Assembly: GCA_027028625.1 (NCBI GenBank)
Contig: JALVIH010000036.1
Span: 1 to 62,685 of the forward strand
DNA length: 62,685 bases
Reading direction: 5' to 3'
DNA from: a bacterium
Lineage (GTDB): Bacteria; Patescibacteriota; Microgenomatia; JAADGY01
Position 1 is the stretch's first letter. The number at the start of each line of letters is the position of its first letter. The notes beneath the pieces are model-generated. The model worked only from the letters and a program-made list of their open reading frames with translations. It had not been told where the DNA came from and ran no database searches. Both the position numbers and the translations under genes were made by a program. Shown piece by piece: positions 36,160 to 46,029 of this stretch.

Positions 36160-36900
36160 CTAGTTCCGATTGCCTGACAATCTCTTAAGGACAGCTTCAA
36201 GGTCTGGAGGTAAAGGAGAAGTAAAGGTAACCTCTTTTTTACTTGAAGGATGGCGAAAGGTTAAGGAGGCGGCATGAAGAAAGATACGTGGCGTCAGGTC
36301 AGAGGTAGTTTGGAATTTCTTCCTCCCACTATAAAATGAGTCGCCCACCAAAGGATGCCCAAGATAACGAAAATGGACTCTCACCTGATGAGTCCGCCCC
36401 GTTTGAGGAAAGACTTCAACCAAAGAGTACCACTTTCCTTGATAAGAAAAACTTTCTTTCAAACGATATTTTGTTTTGGACGGCCGGCCACCAATAAAAA
36501 CAGTGAAGCGCCGCCGATTAAAGGGGTTGCGTTGAATCGGAGCATCAATCACTCCTTCTTCCGGCACTGAACCATGAACTAAGGCCAAATACTTCTTTTT
36601 TACTCTCCGTTCTTTGAACTCAGCTAACAAAAACTCTAAAGCCGACGGAGTCCGCCCAATAAGAAGAACTCCGCTAGTATCCTTATCTAAACGATGAGCC
36701 AAACCAGACCGCTGAGCGAACACCTCATTCCCCTCTCCTGGTTTTACCCAACCTTCTTCTTCTAACCAGTCTTGGAGTGTTTTTGTCTTCACCGACTCTG
36801 CCCGATTGACCACCAATCCAGCTGGTTTATCAACTACCAAGATATAATCATCCCAATAGATTGGCCGAATGTTTAACTTACTTTCTTCACTAGCCACCAT
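36160..36900 (-). CDS. RluA/RluD-family pseudouridine synthase (no S4 domain)
   Basis: Catalytic HRLDKDTSGVLL and GRTHQVRVH motifs. Confidence 0.88.
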   Translation of the reverse strand: MVASEESKLNIRPIYWDDYILVVDKPAGLVVNRAESVKTKTLQDWLEEEGWVKPGEGNEVFAQRSGLAHRLDKDTSGVLLIGRTPSALEFLLAEFKERRVKKKYLALVHGSVPEEGVIDAPIQRNPFNRRRFTVFIGGRPSKTKYRLKESFSYQGKWYSLVEVFPQTGRTHQVRVHFRYLGHPLVGDSFYSGRKKFQTTSDLTPRIFLHAASLTFRHPSSKKEVTFTSPLPPDLEAVLKRLSGNRN

Positions 36901-37235
36901 AAAACTCCTCCACTAATTAAAAGATCAGCTAGGTTAAGATTGATAATCCCTAATCTAATATAATCCACTACTCCACCCCACATAAATCTATCTAAAATAT
37001 TACTCAAACCGCCAATTAAGATAGCTCCTTTAGCGGCTTCAGGCCGGCGATAAAAAAAGAGAAAAATTATCAACCAAACAACTACCAAGCTGCCATTAAG
37101 AAGGTAACTGGGGTAAGGTAAGGAAAAGCTGATTACCCTATTTAAGTCCTGAGACAAGAACTGGCTTTTAAGAAAGCGGTCAAGGATAAAAACAACTCCC
37201 CCTACACTTAAACACCACCAATCCTTCTTCCTCAT
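36873..37235 (-). CDS. lspA: lipoprotein signal peptidase (signal peptidase II)
   Basis: GGLSNILDRFMWGGVVDYI (LspA catalytic Asp motifs). 120 aa, 4 TM. Confidence 0.85.
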   Translation of the reverse strand: MRKKDWWCLSVGGVVFILDRFLKSQFLSQDLNRVISFSLPYPSYLLNGSLVVVWLIIFLFFYRRPEAAKGAILIGGLSNILDRFMWGGVVDYIRLGIINLNLADLLISGGVLWWLVKKVS

Positions 37236-37603
37236 TACTTCTTCTCTAATTGCCGCTCACAATCAATACACAACTCCGCTGTTGGCCGAATAGCCAGGCG
37301 GTCAGTGTTAATCATCTTGCCACAACGGCGGCAAAATCCATAACTGCCATCATCTATTCGCTGAAGGGTCCGCTTAATCTCCTCCAAACTTTTGATTATT
37401 TGTTTTTTAAGAGCAGTTATTTTATCATGCTCATTATTCTCGTAACTGTCATCTCCAGCTTCGTTATCACTTATTCGCCCCGGCTCATTATAAGGATCAC
37501 CAGACTCTAACTCGGCTAACTGTTTAGTTAACTCTTCCTCCTCAGCTTGAAGATACTCTTTAAGTGGCTGAAGCACTTTACTGGGATATCTTTTAAAACT
37601 CAT
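37235..37603 (-). CDS. DksA/TraR-family C4 zinc-finger protein
   Basis: C-terminal CRRCGKMINTDRLAIRPTAELCIDC preceded by a coiled-coil. Confidence 0.8.
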   Translation of the reverse strand: MSFKRYPSKVLQPLKEYLQAEEEELTKQLAELESGDPYNEPGRISDNEAGDDSYENNEHDKITALKKQIIKSLEEIKRTLQRIDDGSYGFCRRCGKMINTDRLAIRPTAELCIDCERQLEKK

Positions 37604-37604
37604 C

Positions 37605-38438
37605 TTAACCTTTCTTTTTACCTTGATAATCAGTCCTCTTTTTATCCTTCTTCTTCAATTTTAGCAGACTTATGCTGGACCAATGGAGAAGATTAGCCCA
37701 AAAAGCAAAAACTACCCATAAACTTAAACCACTAATCAGCCAAAGAAAAGCAGTAAGATCAAGGCCAAAAACTAGAGGAGAAGGGTTTACTCTCCATAGA
37801 TCAATAAAAAGAAAATGCCCTAGGGCGTAACTGGCTTGGCTAAGCCAGAAAACAAAACCCATCCGACCACTAGGATACCACTTCAGAGTTTTATAACGAA
37901 AACGAAGCTTACTAAAGAGAGTCAACAAACCTAAGGTAAAGAGAAGATGGAACAAACTAAGAGGATAGCGTCGGCCAGGCTGCCCCAACACTGGCCAAGC
38001 AAGAGGAAAGGAAGTTATCTTCCCCAACCAACACCAACCACCGAAACAGGCTAAAGACAACCAAAAAAGGAAAACTAAACTCACCCAGGCCAAAATATCT
38101 AGAAACTGCCACTCAGGCCAGCCAGTTTTTTTGACTTGGTACCAACTTAAGAGCCAGAAAACAAACCAAAATGCCCAGCCATTCACTCCAGGATAACTGC
38201 CCCACTTAAAGAAATACTGCCAACCTAGATGATAACTTAAAACCAACTGAATCAAGCGGCCGAGAACAAAAGCCCAAAAAAGGGACTTAATAACCAAAGA
38301 AAAAGCTGCATCTTCATCCCAGCTAGTATGGCTCAACTCCCGCCAAAAAATAAAAGCAGCTACTAAGATCCCCAAGCTTAAGATAACCCCATAAGAAAAA
38401 ACTGAGATAAAACCTAGGTTAAAGAGTAAACCGAACAT
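37605..38438 (-). CDS. Trp-rich polytopic membrane protein, function unknown (Lgt-like position next to lspA but no Lgt signature seen)
   Basis: The ORF is open to 38513, but the ATG at 38438 (MFGLLFNLGF...) starts 1 nt after the proS stop and removes a 74-nt overlap. About 7 hydrophobic segments. Confidence 0.55.
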   Translation of the reverse strand: MFGLLFNLGFISVFSYGVILSLGILVAAFIFWRELSHTSWDEDAAFSLVIKSLFWAFVLGRLIQLVLSYHLGWQYFFKWGSYPGVNGWAFWFVFWLLSWYQVKKTGWPEWQFLDILAWVSLVFLFWLSLACFGGWCWLGKITSFPLAWPVLGQPGRRYPLSLFHLLFTLGLLTLFSKLRFRYKTLKWYPSGRMGFVFWLSQASYALGHFLFIDLWRVNPSPLVFGLDLTAFLWLISGLSLWVVFAFWANLLHWSSISLLKLKKKDKKRTDYQGKKKG

Positions 38439-38439
38439 C

Positions 38440-39855
38440 CTAGTAGGCCCGAGCAAACAAAGTAACTTTTCCTTCGCCTTTTCGGGTGTAAAAATCTCTT
38501 CCCTTTTCTTCAAAAGTGCCCAAAGGAATGCATCTGGCAGTGGCTTTAGTCTCTTCTTTTATCTTGGCTTCTATCTCAGGGTTATCCTGGTAAAAAACTT
38601 GGACTAAATTACCCTTCTTAACCTCTTCTTTGAAAGCGGAATAAGAATCAACTTTAACGATATGGTCCAAAGTAAAGCGGCGGTGCTCTTCTAATAAATT
38701 ATCTTGAATCTCCACCAAAAGGTTACTCAGGAAAGTATAATTAAGCTGACCAGTTAGACGTTCATTTTTATCCCGCCGGAGGAGCGTTAAACTCTTTTCC
38801 TTAACTTCCTTCTGGCCTATCTCCACCCTCAGAGGAACCCCTTTCATCTCCCAGTGGTTAAATTTATACCCCGGAGTGTGATCACTCTCATCTAGGAAAA
38901 CCCGAAAACCCATTCGTTTTAACTCCTGATAAACTTGCCGAGACCAGTCAATTACTTCCTTCTTCCCTTTTCCTTTAGGAATGGGAACTATAACTATCTG
39001 AATGGGGGCAATTCGCGGCGGCAGGCGCAAGCCCTTATCGTCACCCAAAGCTAGGATTAAACCGCCGATTATTCGAGTCGATAACCCCCAGCTAGTTTGC
39101 CAAGGATATCTTAATTCCCCTTTTTCATCTAAAAACTGGAGCTGAAAACTCTTGGCGAAATTCTGCCCCAACATATGACTAGTCCCTGCTTGCAAGGCCT
39201 TACCATCTTTGAGAAGAATCTCAATCGAGGTAGTATAAACTGCCCCGGCAAACTTCTCACTTTCAGTTTTAAAACCAGCAATCGAGTAAAGAGCCAACTC
39301 TTCTTGAACAAAATCTCTATACATTAAAAGGGCAGCTTTAACCAACTCATCAGCTTCTTTTTTAGTCTGATGAACGGTATGCCCCTCTTGCCACAAAAAC
39401 TCCAGGCCCCGAATGAAGGGTAAAGTTCTCTTCTCCCAACGGACTACATTGGCCCACTGGTTAATCTTCAGAGGCAGATCCCGATAGGATTGAATCCAAC
39501 GAGCAAAAGCAGCATACATTATAGTCTCACTCGTCGGCCTGACTACCAAAGGTTCTTCTAACTTCTTGCCACCACCATAAGTGACCAAAGCTAGTTCAGG
39601 AGAAAAACCAGCTATATGCTCTTTTTCTTTTTTTAGGAAGGAATAAGGAATAAAAAGAGGAAAATAAACGTTCTCTACTCCCAATTCTTTAATCCGCTCG
39701 TCTAGTTTTTTTTGAATCATCTCCCACAAAGCGTAACCATAGGGGCGAAAGATTATTGTTCCTCTTACTGGGCCATAATCAGCCAACTCTGCTTTTTGGA
39801 CCACTTCTTGATACCATTTAGCCTGGTCTTTACTCCGTGGAGTTAAGCCTTTCAT
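38440..39855 (-). CDS. proS: proline-tRNA ligase (archaeal/eukaryotic-type, no INS editing domain)
   Basis: KWYQEVVQKAELADYGPVRGTIIFRPYGYALWE and class II motifs. 471 aa, with a C-terminal Zn-domain-type tail. Confidence 0.93.
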   Translation of the reverse strand: MKGLTPRSKDQAKWYQEVVQKAELADYGPVRGTIIFRPYGYALWEMIQKKLDERIKELGVENVYFPLFIPYSFLKKEKEHIAGFSPELALVTYGGGKKLEEPLVVRPTSETIMYAAFARWIQSYRDLPLKINQWANVVRWEKRTLPFIRGLEFLWQEGHTVHQTKKEADELVKAALLMYRDFVQEELALYSIAGFKTESEKFAGAVYTTSIEILLKDGKALQAGTSHMLGQNFAKSFQLQFLDEKGELRYPWQTSWGLSTRIIGGLILALGDDKGLRLPPRIAPIQIVIVPIPKGKGKKEVIDWSRQVYQELKRMGFRVFLDESDHTPGYKFNHWEMKGVPLRVEIGQKEVKEKSLTLLRRDKNERLTGQLNYTFLSNLLVEIQDNLLEEHRRFTLDHIVKVDSYSAFKEEVKKGNLVQVFYQDNPEIEAKIKEETKATARCIPLGTFEEKGRDFYTRKGEGKVTLFARAY

Positions 39856-39972
39856 AAACCAATTTTAGCAGATTAGTGCTTCTTTACCTACTAAAAAGAG
39901 CTACCTCCCAGTTGGATTACCATAAGGAAAAGAATCAGCCACAAGACAAGAAAAATTAAGAAAAACTCCAAC

Positions 39973-41313
39973 CTATCCTTCATCTTCTTGACGATAACCT
40001 TCATAGTTGCGGAACTTAATTAGCTTGTCTTCAAAAAGAAGCTTTATCTTCCCCACTGGGCCATTACGGTGCTTGGCTATTTCTAAAGTTCGAACACTCT
40101 TGTTCTCATCCTCATCATCATGGTAAAGGAACATAACTACATCGGCATCCTGCTCAATAGCTCCTGATTCTCGAAGATCCGCTAACTGAGGCCGATTGCC
40201 TCCTCGATGTTCGACTGCCCGAGAAAGTTGAGAAAGGGCTAAAAGCGGCACCTTCAACTCCCGGGCTAGATTCTTTAATTCTTGGGAAATATAAGAAACT
40301 TCTTGAACCCGCCCCTCAAAACGGCGGCGAGGTTTAATAAGTTGGAGATAGTCTACAACTATTAAATCTAATCCTTTTTCAGCTTGAAGACGACGAGCTT
40401 TAGTCCGCATATCGATAATGCTTAACCCAGGAGTATCATCAATAAAGAGATTAGCCTCAGCCAAAATACTCATAGCCTCCATCAATTTCTGCCAGTCACC
40501 TTCTGAGAAGTTTCCCACTTTCAACCGCCAAGCATCAATGTCAGCCTGAGCTACCAATAAGCGGTCCACTAATTCCTCATGACTCATTTCTAAGGAAAAA
40601 AAGCCGACATTCTTTCGGCCAACCACACTTGCATAATGGGAGATATTCAAAGCCAAAGCTGTCTTCCCCTGCCCTGGCCGAGCGGCTAAGATAATCAAAT
40701 TACTCTTTTGTAAGCCAGACAATTTTTTATCCAGATCGACAAAACCAGTCTCCAAGCCCCGCATCTGGCTCTGGTTTTTATGGAGCTCATCCAACCTATC
40801 AAATGAGTCTGTCAAAAGGTCACGGATGGTTACAAAATCCTGGCGAATGCTTTCCTTAGATAAAGAAAAAATCATTCCTTCGGCTTCATCCAAAAGCTTC
40901 TTGGTGTCACTTTGAACATCAAAAGCTTTTTCCACCAACTGGCCGGCCATATTTATTAGTTTTCGCCTGAGATAAAGGCCTTTAATTATCTCGGCGTAGT
41001 CCTCAATATGGGCCGAGGTGGGAACCGCCTCAGCTAGACCGGCTAAAAAAACACTGCCTCCAACTTTTTTTAGAGCTCGATGTTTCTTTAATTGTTCACT
41101 CAGGGTGACCACATCAACCGCCTGGCGGTTGGAGTATAGCTCAACAATGCTGGTATAGATTAACTTTAGTTTTTGGTTATAAAAATGATCTGGGGAAAGC
41201 TTGCCTACTACTAAAGATAAAGCCTCAGGATCAATTAAAATAGCTCCAATGAGGGAGCGTTCCGCTTCTTCAGAGTGCGGCGGTACCCGGCTAGGATTAT
41301 CAGTAGATAGCAT
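39973..41313 (-). CDS. dnaB: replicative DNA helicase DnaB
   Basis: PPHSEEAERSLIGAILID, Walker A ARPGQGKTA, and SLEMS. 446 aa with no intein. Confidence 0.95.
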   Translation of the reverse strand: MLSTDNPSRVPPHSEEAERSLIGAILIDPEALSLVVGKLSPDHFYNQKLKLIYTSIVELYSNRQAVDVVTLSEQLKKHRALKKVGGSVFLAGLAEAVPTSAHIEDYAEIIKGLYLRRKLINMAGQLVEKAFDVQSDTKKLLDEAEGMIFSLSKESIRQDFVTIRDLLTDSFDRLDELHKNQSQMRGLETGFVDLDKKLSGLQKSNLIILAARPGQGKTALALNISHYASVVGRKNVGFFSLEMSHEELVDRLLVAQADIDAWRLKVGNFSEGDWQKLMEAMSILAEANLFIDDTPGLSIIDMRTKARRLQAEKGLDLIVVDYLQLIKPRRRFEGRVQEVSYISQELKNLARELKVPLLALSQLSRAVEHRGGNRPQLADLRESGAIEQDADVVMFLYHDDEDENKSVRTLEIAKHRNGPVGKIKLLFEDKLIKFRNYEGYRQEDEG

Positions 41314-41315
41314 CT

Positions 41316-41969
41316 TTACTTCTGTCTTTCTAAAACAACTACCTGAGTCGGCTGATCTTTTTCTATTGTTTTGAGAACTAATTGAGACTGTGTTACCTCC
41401 TCTTTCTTTACTCCCATTTCTTTAAGAAAAGCATCTAAGGGTTGGATTTTGGCAAATTTATCACTATGTTCGGTTGTTCGATAATGCATAGGAACAACAT
41501 AATGAGGTTCTAACTGATCAATGACTTTAATCACATCCTCGAGAGGTAAGGTGTAAAAGCCACCAACTGGAATAAAAAGAACATCTACCTGACCAATCTC
41601 CTCAACCAATTTATCCTCGAGAGGATGGCCTAAATCACCTAAATGAAGAAGAGAAAGATTATCCTCCACCAACTGATAAATGGTATTCACCCCTCTCTCT
41701 TGGCCTTTTTTCTTATCATGATAAGTTGGCCAACCATTAATTCTCACTTGATGAAATTCATACTCGCCCGGCCCGTTTATTAACATAAAATCACCTTTCA
41801 CTCCCTCGATGTAAGAATGGTCAAAATGATTATGGGTCACTAAAACTAAGTCAGCTTCTACCTTCTTCATCTTAAAGCCTACACTTGGAGGAAAGGGGTC
41901 AATAACCGCCCGCAGTTTAGGAAAACGGAAATAAAAAGCCGAATGTCCAAGCCACTGTACCTTGATCAT
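41316..41969 (-). CDS. metallo-beta-lactamase-fold hydrolase (UPF0173-like)
   Basis: THNHFDH metal-binding motif. 217 aa. Confidence 0.8.
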   Translation of the reverse strand: MIKVQWLGHSAFYFRFPKLRAVIDPFPPSVGFKMKKVEADLVLVTHNHFDHSYIEGVKGDFMLINGPGEYEFHQVRINGWPTYHDKKKGQERGVNTIYQLVEDNLSLLHLGDLGHPLEDKLVEEIGQVDVLFIPVGGFYTLPLEDVIKVIDQLEPHYVVPMHYRTTEHSDKFAKIQPLDAFLKEMGVKKEEVTQSQLVLKTIEKDQPTQVVVLERQK

Positions 41970-42482
41970 ATTCCTATTTTACAACACTCGTGGGTTGCTG
42001 AAGGGAAACTGGAACTAGGAACTAAGAACTAGGAGCTAGGTTAGAAAAAAGCACTAAATCCGAAACCTGCCTGCCGGCAGGCAGGTTCGAAATCCTAAGC
42101 TCCAAATAAATTCTAATCTCTAAATCCTAAATTTTAAACAACTAAAAAGGAGTCATTCTGAGGAGTCAGAGCGACGAAGAATCTAGCGAGCGATAGCGAG
42201 CGCAAGGATTAGCTCTCAAGTTTGGGTTTACTCTCGTGCGCCTATCGGCTAGATCCTTCACCTCGCCTATCGGCTCGTTCAGGATGACTCGAGGAGGAGG
42301 CATACCTCTCTCTCCATGTCATCCCGACTTGTCGGGATGACACAATACTAAACCCCAAGCACCAAATTCCAAGTATCCAAACCCCCCTTCGGTAGGGGCA
42401 GGCAAATTCCAATACCAATGATCAAAATATTAAGAGGAGGAATTAAAAATTAAGAATTAAAAATTTCAAATTTTAAACTCCC
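41970..42482. repeat. mosaic palindromic intergenic cassette F
   Basis: Heptamers at 42009-42042, a 24-nt palindrome at 42064-42087, an arm-core-arm hairpin at 42152-42288, a perfect 24-nt palindrome gtcatcccgacttgtcgggatgac at 42318-42341, and an A/T module at 42441-42477. Confidence 0.9.
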
Positions 42483-43274
42483 CTATCCTCCTCCCCAGCG
42501 AGTGACTAAAAAGACACTTCCAGTAATTAAAAGCATCAACCACCAGAGTTCGTTTTCCGTCTGTTTAAAAACTTTTTCTAAGAAATGAGCTTGATAAAGA
42601 CCTCCTAAAGCATAGACCAACGAAGCTACAAAGATGGCTTTTACTGTTAGAGGGGTCGGCCAGAAAGAAATAACCAATGACCCTTCACTCACTAAGAGAG
42701 TAAGAATAAAGGCATAATACCAGTAAATCTTTTTAAAGCTGTCAGACAGATCCACGATCCAGATAAGATAAAGGCTTATAGGGAAAACTAGGATAAAAGT
42801 AAGGAGAGCATTCAACCAGGCTGAGAATCGAAAGACCAAGACTGCATCCATAACCAAAAAACAACCAACTATTACCAAAAAAAGGCTGATACCGAGAGCG
42901 GCTTGAAAAAGTTTAATTGTCCGCTGGCTGGAAACTAAAAATATATTGCTGTCTAAAAAAGAGGCGTAGAGAAAAATAAAGACCATTATAGCTTCTAAAA
43001 GGTGGAGCCAAACCAAGGAAGGAAGAACCAACTCAAACATCAAACTTCCCCCTAAGATGTAAGCTGGAACAAAAGCCAAAAGCCAGTAGCCTACCAAATG
43101 GCGATGATGCCAAAAAATGAGCCCAAAAGTTATAAATGTTAGGAAAAAGAGGAAGGGCAAAAAGTAAAGACGGCTATAATAATCCCTAAGACTCAGCCCG
43201 TAGAAGAAAATTAGACTCAAAAAAAGCGAACCTAACAAAAATCTCTGACGGTAACCAAGATAAGATAATCTCAT
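42483..43274 (-). CDS. polytopic membrane protein (263 aa), unknown function
   Basis: At least 7 hydrophobic segments. It overlaps the yebC stop by 4 nt. Confidence 0.6.
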   Translation of the reverse strand: MRLSYLGYRQRFLLGSLFLSLIFFYGLSLRDYYSRLYFLPFLFFLTFITFGLIFWHHRHLVGYWLLAFVPAYILGGSLMFELVLPSLVWLHLLEAIMVFIFLYASFLDSNIFLVSSQRTIKLFQAALGISLFLVIVGCFLVMDAVLVFRFSAWLNALLTFILVFPISLYLIWIVDLSDSFKKIYWYYAFILTLLVSEGSLVISFWPTPLTVKAIFVASLVYALGGLYQAHFLEKVFKQTENELWWLMLLITGSVFLVTRWGGG

Positions 43275-43993
43275 TGTTCCTGCTCTACCCCACTATGGTA
43301 AAGAGCATAAACATCATCAATATTTTCCAGTTGCTCCAATAGGTTGACTAACCGCAACCATTCTTTTTCTTCTAAATGAAGTGGGTTTTTAGCTAGAAAA
43401 CCAAGCTGCTCTTTACTCAAAGGATAGCCTGTTTGAACTAATTTTTCTCTCAAATTACTTAGTTGCTCAGGCTTGACATAAAGGATAGTTTTCCCTCCAT
43501 CAAAACGGAAGTCAACTAAACCCAATTCACTCCATTCTAAAATCTCCTCATCACTAATCTTCTTGTCAACTTCTATAATCACTACCTCCTCAAACATATA
43601 ACTTACCGCTCCACTCTGCCCTAAACTCCCCCCATGTTTTCCTAAAACGTTTTTGACTTCTCCTACAAAACGGCGGCGGTTATCAGTTAAACCTTGGACT
43701 ATAATTCCTACCCCAGCCGGTCCAAAAACTTCTAAGGTTACATTCTCAATCTTGTCTTTTTCCTTACCGTAGACTCGATCAATTGCCTTTTTAATTTTTT
43801 CTAGGGGCATATTAGCCTTCTTAGCCTGCTCCACCGCTAACCTTAATTTATAGTTGGTCTCCGGATCAGGACTTCCCCCTCCCCGGGCAGCTATACTTAT
43901 CATCCGTGATAACTTAGTAAAAACTTTACCCCGTTTTGCATCCTGTGCTTCCTTCTTGTGTTTTATAGTCGCCCACTTAGAATGTCCAGACAT
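43271..43993 (-). CDS. yebC: YebC/PmpR-family DNA-binding transcriptional regulator
   Basis: MSGHSKWATIKHKKEAQDAKRGKVFTKL, the invariant family N-terminus. Confidence 0.93.
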   Translation of the reverse strand: MSGHSKWATIKHKKEAQDAKRGKVFTKLSRMISIAARGGGSPDPETNYKLRLAVEQAKKANMPLEKIKKAIDRVYGKEKDKIENVTLEVFGPAGVGIIVQGLTDNRRRFVGEVKNVLGKHGGSLGQSGAVSYMFEEVVIIEVDKKISDEEILEWSELGLVDFRFDGGKTILYVKPEQLSNLREKLVQTGYPLSKEQLGFLAKNPLHLEEKEWLRLVNLLEQLENIDDVYALYHSGVEQEQ

Positions 43994-44002
43994 TTCTTCC
44001 TC

Positions 44003-44893
44003 CTAAAAATTTAAAGACTGAATAATTAAACCAAGGTCAGATCGAAAATCAGCTCTTTTTACCTCTGTCAGCAGACAATTAAAAAGAAGATCGATCTTCA
44101 TCTCTTTCCTTAACTTAGCGGCGGCTGGGCCAAAACAATAATTAACCTCCTCTCCATTATAGTCCATCTCCGCTTCAACTGGAGCAGTAAGAACTTTTTC
44201 CTGAGCCACTTGCCAACCTAAATTTCTAACCAAGCGATGGTAATAACGGCGGAGAGGAAGGTTATCAAAACGATAAAAAAGAGCCACCCGGTAACTAGAT
44301 GACGAATCATTATATTTCTGCCAAAGAGTGTCCCACTCAGAACGATTAATTCTCCCTTCTTTATCAGGCCTTACTTTTACCACCGCCATTTCTTGACCTC
44401 CAAAGCGCTGCCAGTAGGCAATCGATTGCCACCACTTTTTATGGAAAAGATGCTTATGAGGCAGATAGTTTTGCTTCAAACACTTTTCAGCCAATAAAGG
44501 ACATTCTCCTTTTTCTTGGCTAAGGTAAAAATTGCTTAAAGGAATAGCTAGGTTCATTTTAATTATTTTTCTTGCCTCCTCCGGCTGACGAATCAATTGG
44601 TCAAGGCCAATATATTGATGAGAAAAATAAGAGTACCACTTCACTTGAGGAGGAAAGAAAAAAATAACTCCCTTTTCTTGAGAAGATGAAGAAGTAAAAA
44701 GGACCAAACCATTCCGATTTAAAGAAACTAAATTAAAGTTATTCTGATGGGACCACTGCCAAAAAGTTCTAGCTTCAAGCCCAAAACGAACTAAAAAGAT
44801 AATGAGAATCAAACTAACCAATCCCAACAACCAAAAGGAAAAAAGCTGCCAGGCAGAAAAACGCCCTTTTATCCTCTTTTTTTTCTTCAACAT
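44003..44893 (-). CDS. membrane-anchored hypothetical protein (296 aa)
   Basis: An N-terminal basic stretch plus a TM anchor. No motif recognised. Confidence 0.55.
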   Translation of the reverse strand: MLKKKKRIKGRFSAWQLFSFWLLGLVSLILIIFLVRFGLEARTFWQWSHQNNFNLVSLNRNGLVLFTSSSSQEKGVIFFFPPQVKWYSYFSHQYIGLDQLIRQPEEARKIIKMNLAIPLSNFYLSQEKGECPLLAEKCLKQNYLPHKHLFHKKWWQSIAYWQRFGGQEMAVVKVRPDKEGRINRSEWDTLWQKYNDSSSSYRVALFYRFDNLPLRRYYHRLVRNLGWQVAQEKVLTAPVEAEMDYNGEEVNYCFGPAAAKLRKEMKIDLLFNCLLTEVKRADFRSDLGLIIQSLNF

Positions 44894-44914
44894 ATAACTA
44901 TTATACTTATTAAT
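44894..44914. promoter_or_regulatory. symmetric bidirectional promoter in a 21-bp divergent gap (core ATTATACT at 44900-44907)
   Basis: Minus strand: TATAAT (44900-05)-6-ATG (44893). Plus strand: TATACT (44902-07)-7-ATG (44915). It has the same 8-mer core as the merR/ATPase gap. Confidence 0.45.
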
Positions 44915-45988
44915 ATGGAGTTGACGACAAAAGACTTCGATTACTCCCTCCCTTCAGAATTAATAGCTCAAAAGCCAGCTCAGCCAGCTGACTCAGCCAA
45001 GTTAATGGTCCTCGACCGTCGTCAACAAAAAATCAACCAAACTCATTTTTATGATTTAGCTAAATTCCTTCCCCCTGGATCCATTTTCGTTTTTAATAAA
45101 ACCCGTGTTCAGCCAGTCCGCCTTTTTGGCTACAAACCCAGTGGCGGGAGAGTCGAGATTTTTATCCTTAGTTTGTCTCCTAAGTTAAAAGCTTGGCTCC
45201 ACCCAGGACTAAAAGTCGGCCAAACTGTCACCATCCCCACTAACTCCCTTGGAAAAGATGTCGTCTTAAGCGTCGGCCATCAAGAAGAAAAAGAATTCAC
45301 TTTAGAAGTTGTTAAGGGGAAACTTGATCTCCAGTTTCTTCGTCAGTACGGCCACACTCCCCTTCCCCCTTACATCCATTCTTCCGAAAAAGAGTCACTC
45401 CTTCGCCGCTGGTACCAACCTGTTTTTGCTAAAGAGGGCTTTTCAGTAGCCAGTCCAACCGCTTCTCTTCACTTCACCCCTCCTCTTCTTGAAGAACTTA
45501 AGAAAAAAGGCTTTTCTTTCGCTTTTGTCCGCTTAGATGTTGGCCGAGGAACTTTTGAACCAGTAAGAAGGGAAAAAATAAAAGAACACCAGATGCACTC
45601 AGAATTTTTTACCCTCTCAAAACGGACAGCCCATCTCCTCAACCAAGCTAAAAAGAATAAACAACCTATCATTGCTGTAGGAACTACTGTAGCCCGTACC
45701 CTCGAATCCAGTTATTCCCCCAAGGATGGTTTTATAGCCCAAAAAGGAGCTACAACCAACCTTTTTATCTACCCGCCTTACCAATTCCACTCCTTCGATA
45801 TCCTGATTACCAACTTTCATCTGCCCCGTTCTACCCTCCTTATGTTAGTTTCAGCTTTTGTTAGCTGGCCAAATACCTCAACTCCTTTTACCACTTTCTC
45901 TCAAAGTCTTTTGGGGAAAGCTTATCATCTAGCTATTGAAGAGAATTACCGCTTTTATTCATTTGGCGACGCTATGCTTATTCTTTAA
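44915..45988 (+). CDS. queA: S-adenosylmethionine:tRNA ribosyltransferase-isomerase
   Basis: FDYSLPSELIAQKPAQP..., GHTPLPPYI, VGTTVARTLES and LITNFHLPRSTLLMLVSAF. Confidence 0.93.
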   Translation: MELTTKDFDYSLPSELIAQKPAQPADSAKLMVLDRRQQKINQTHFYDLAKFLPPGSIFVFNKTRVQPVRLFGYKPSGGRVEIFILSLSPKLKAWLHPGLKVGQTVTIPTNSLGKDVVLSVGHQEEKEFTLEVVKGKLDLQFLRQYGHTPLPPYIHSSEKESLLRRWYQPVFAKEGFSVASPTASLHFTPPLLEELKKKGFSFAFVRLDVGRGTFEPVRREKIKEHQMHSEFFTLSKRTAHLLNQAKKNKQPIIAVGTTVARTLESSYSPKDGFIAQKGATTNLFIYPPYQFHSFDILITNFHLPRSTLLMLVSAFVSWPNTSTPFTTFSQSLLGKAYHLAIEENYRFYSFGDAMLIL

Positions 45989-45994
45989 CAACTA

Positions 45995-46024
45995 TTGACA
46001 ATCCTAAGAAGGTAGTTCTAATAT
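45995..46024 (+). promoter_or_regulatory. sigma70-type promoter TTGACA-18-TAATAT, with the ATG 5 nt downstream (lepB)
   Basis: TTGACA at 45995-46000, TAATAT at 46019-46024, ATG at 46030. Confidence 0.5.
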
Positions 46025-46029
46025 GGGTT

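Noticed and set aside
38440-38513. An apparent 74-nt same-strand overlap between proS and the downstream membrane-protein ORF.
   Set aside because: The overlap is resolved by using the internal ATG at 38438 (MFGLLFNLGF...), which starts 1 nt after the proS stop. The upstream extension is probably not translated.
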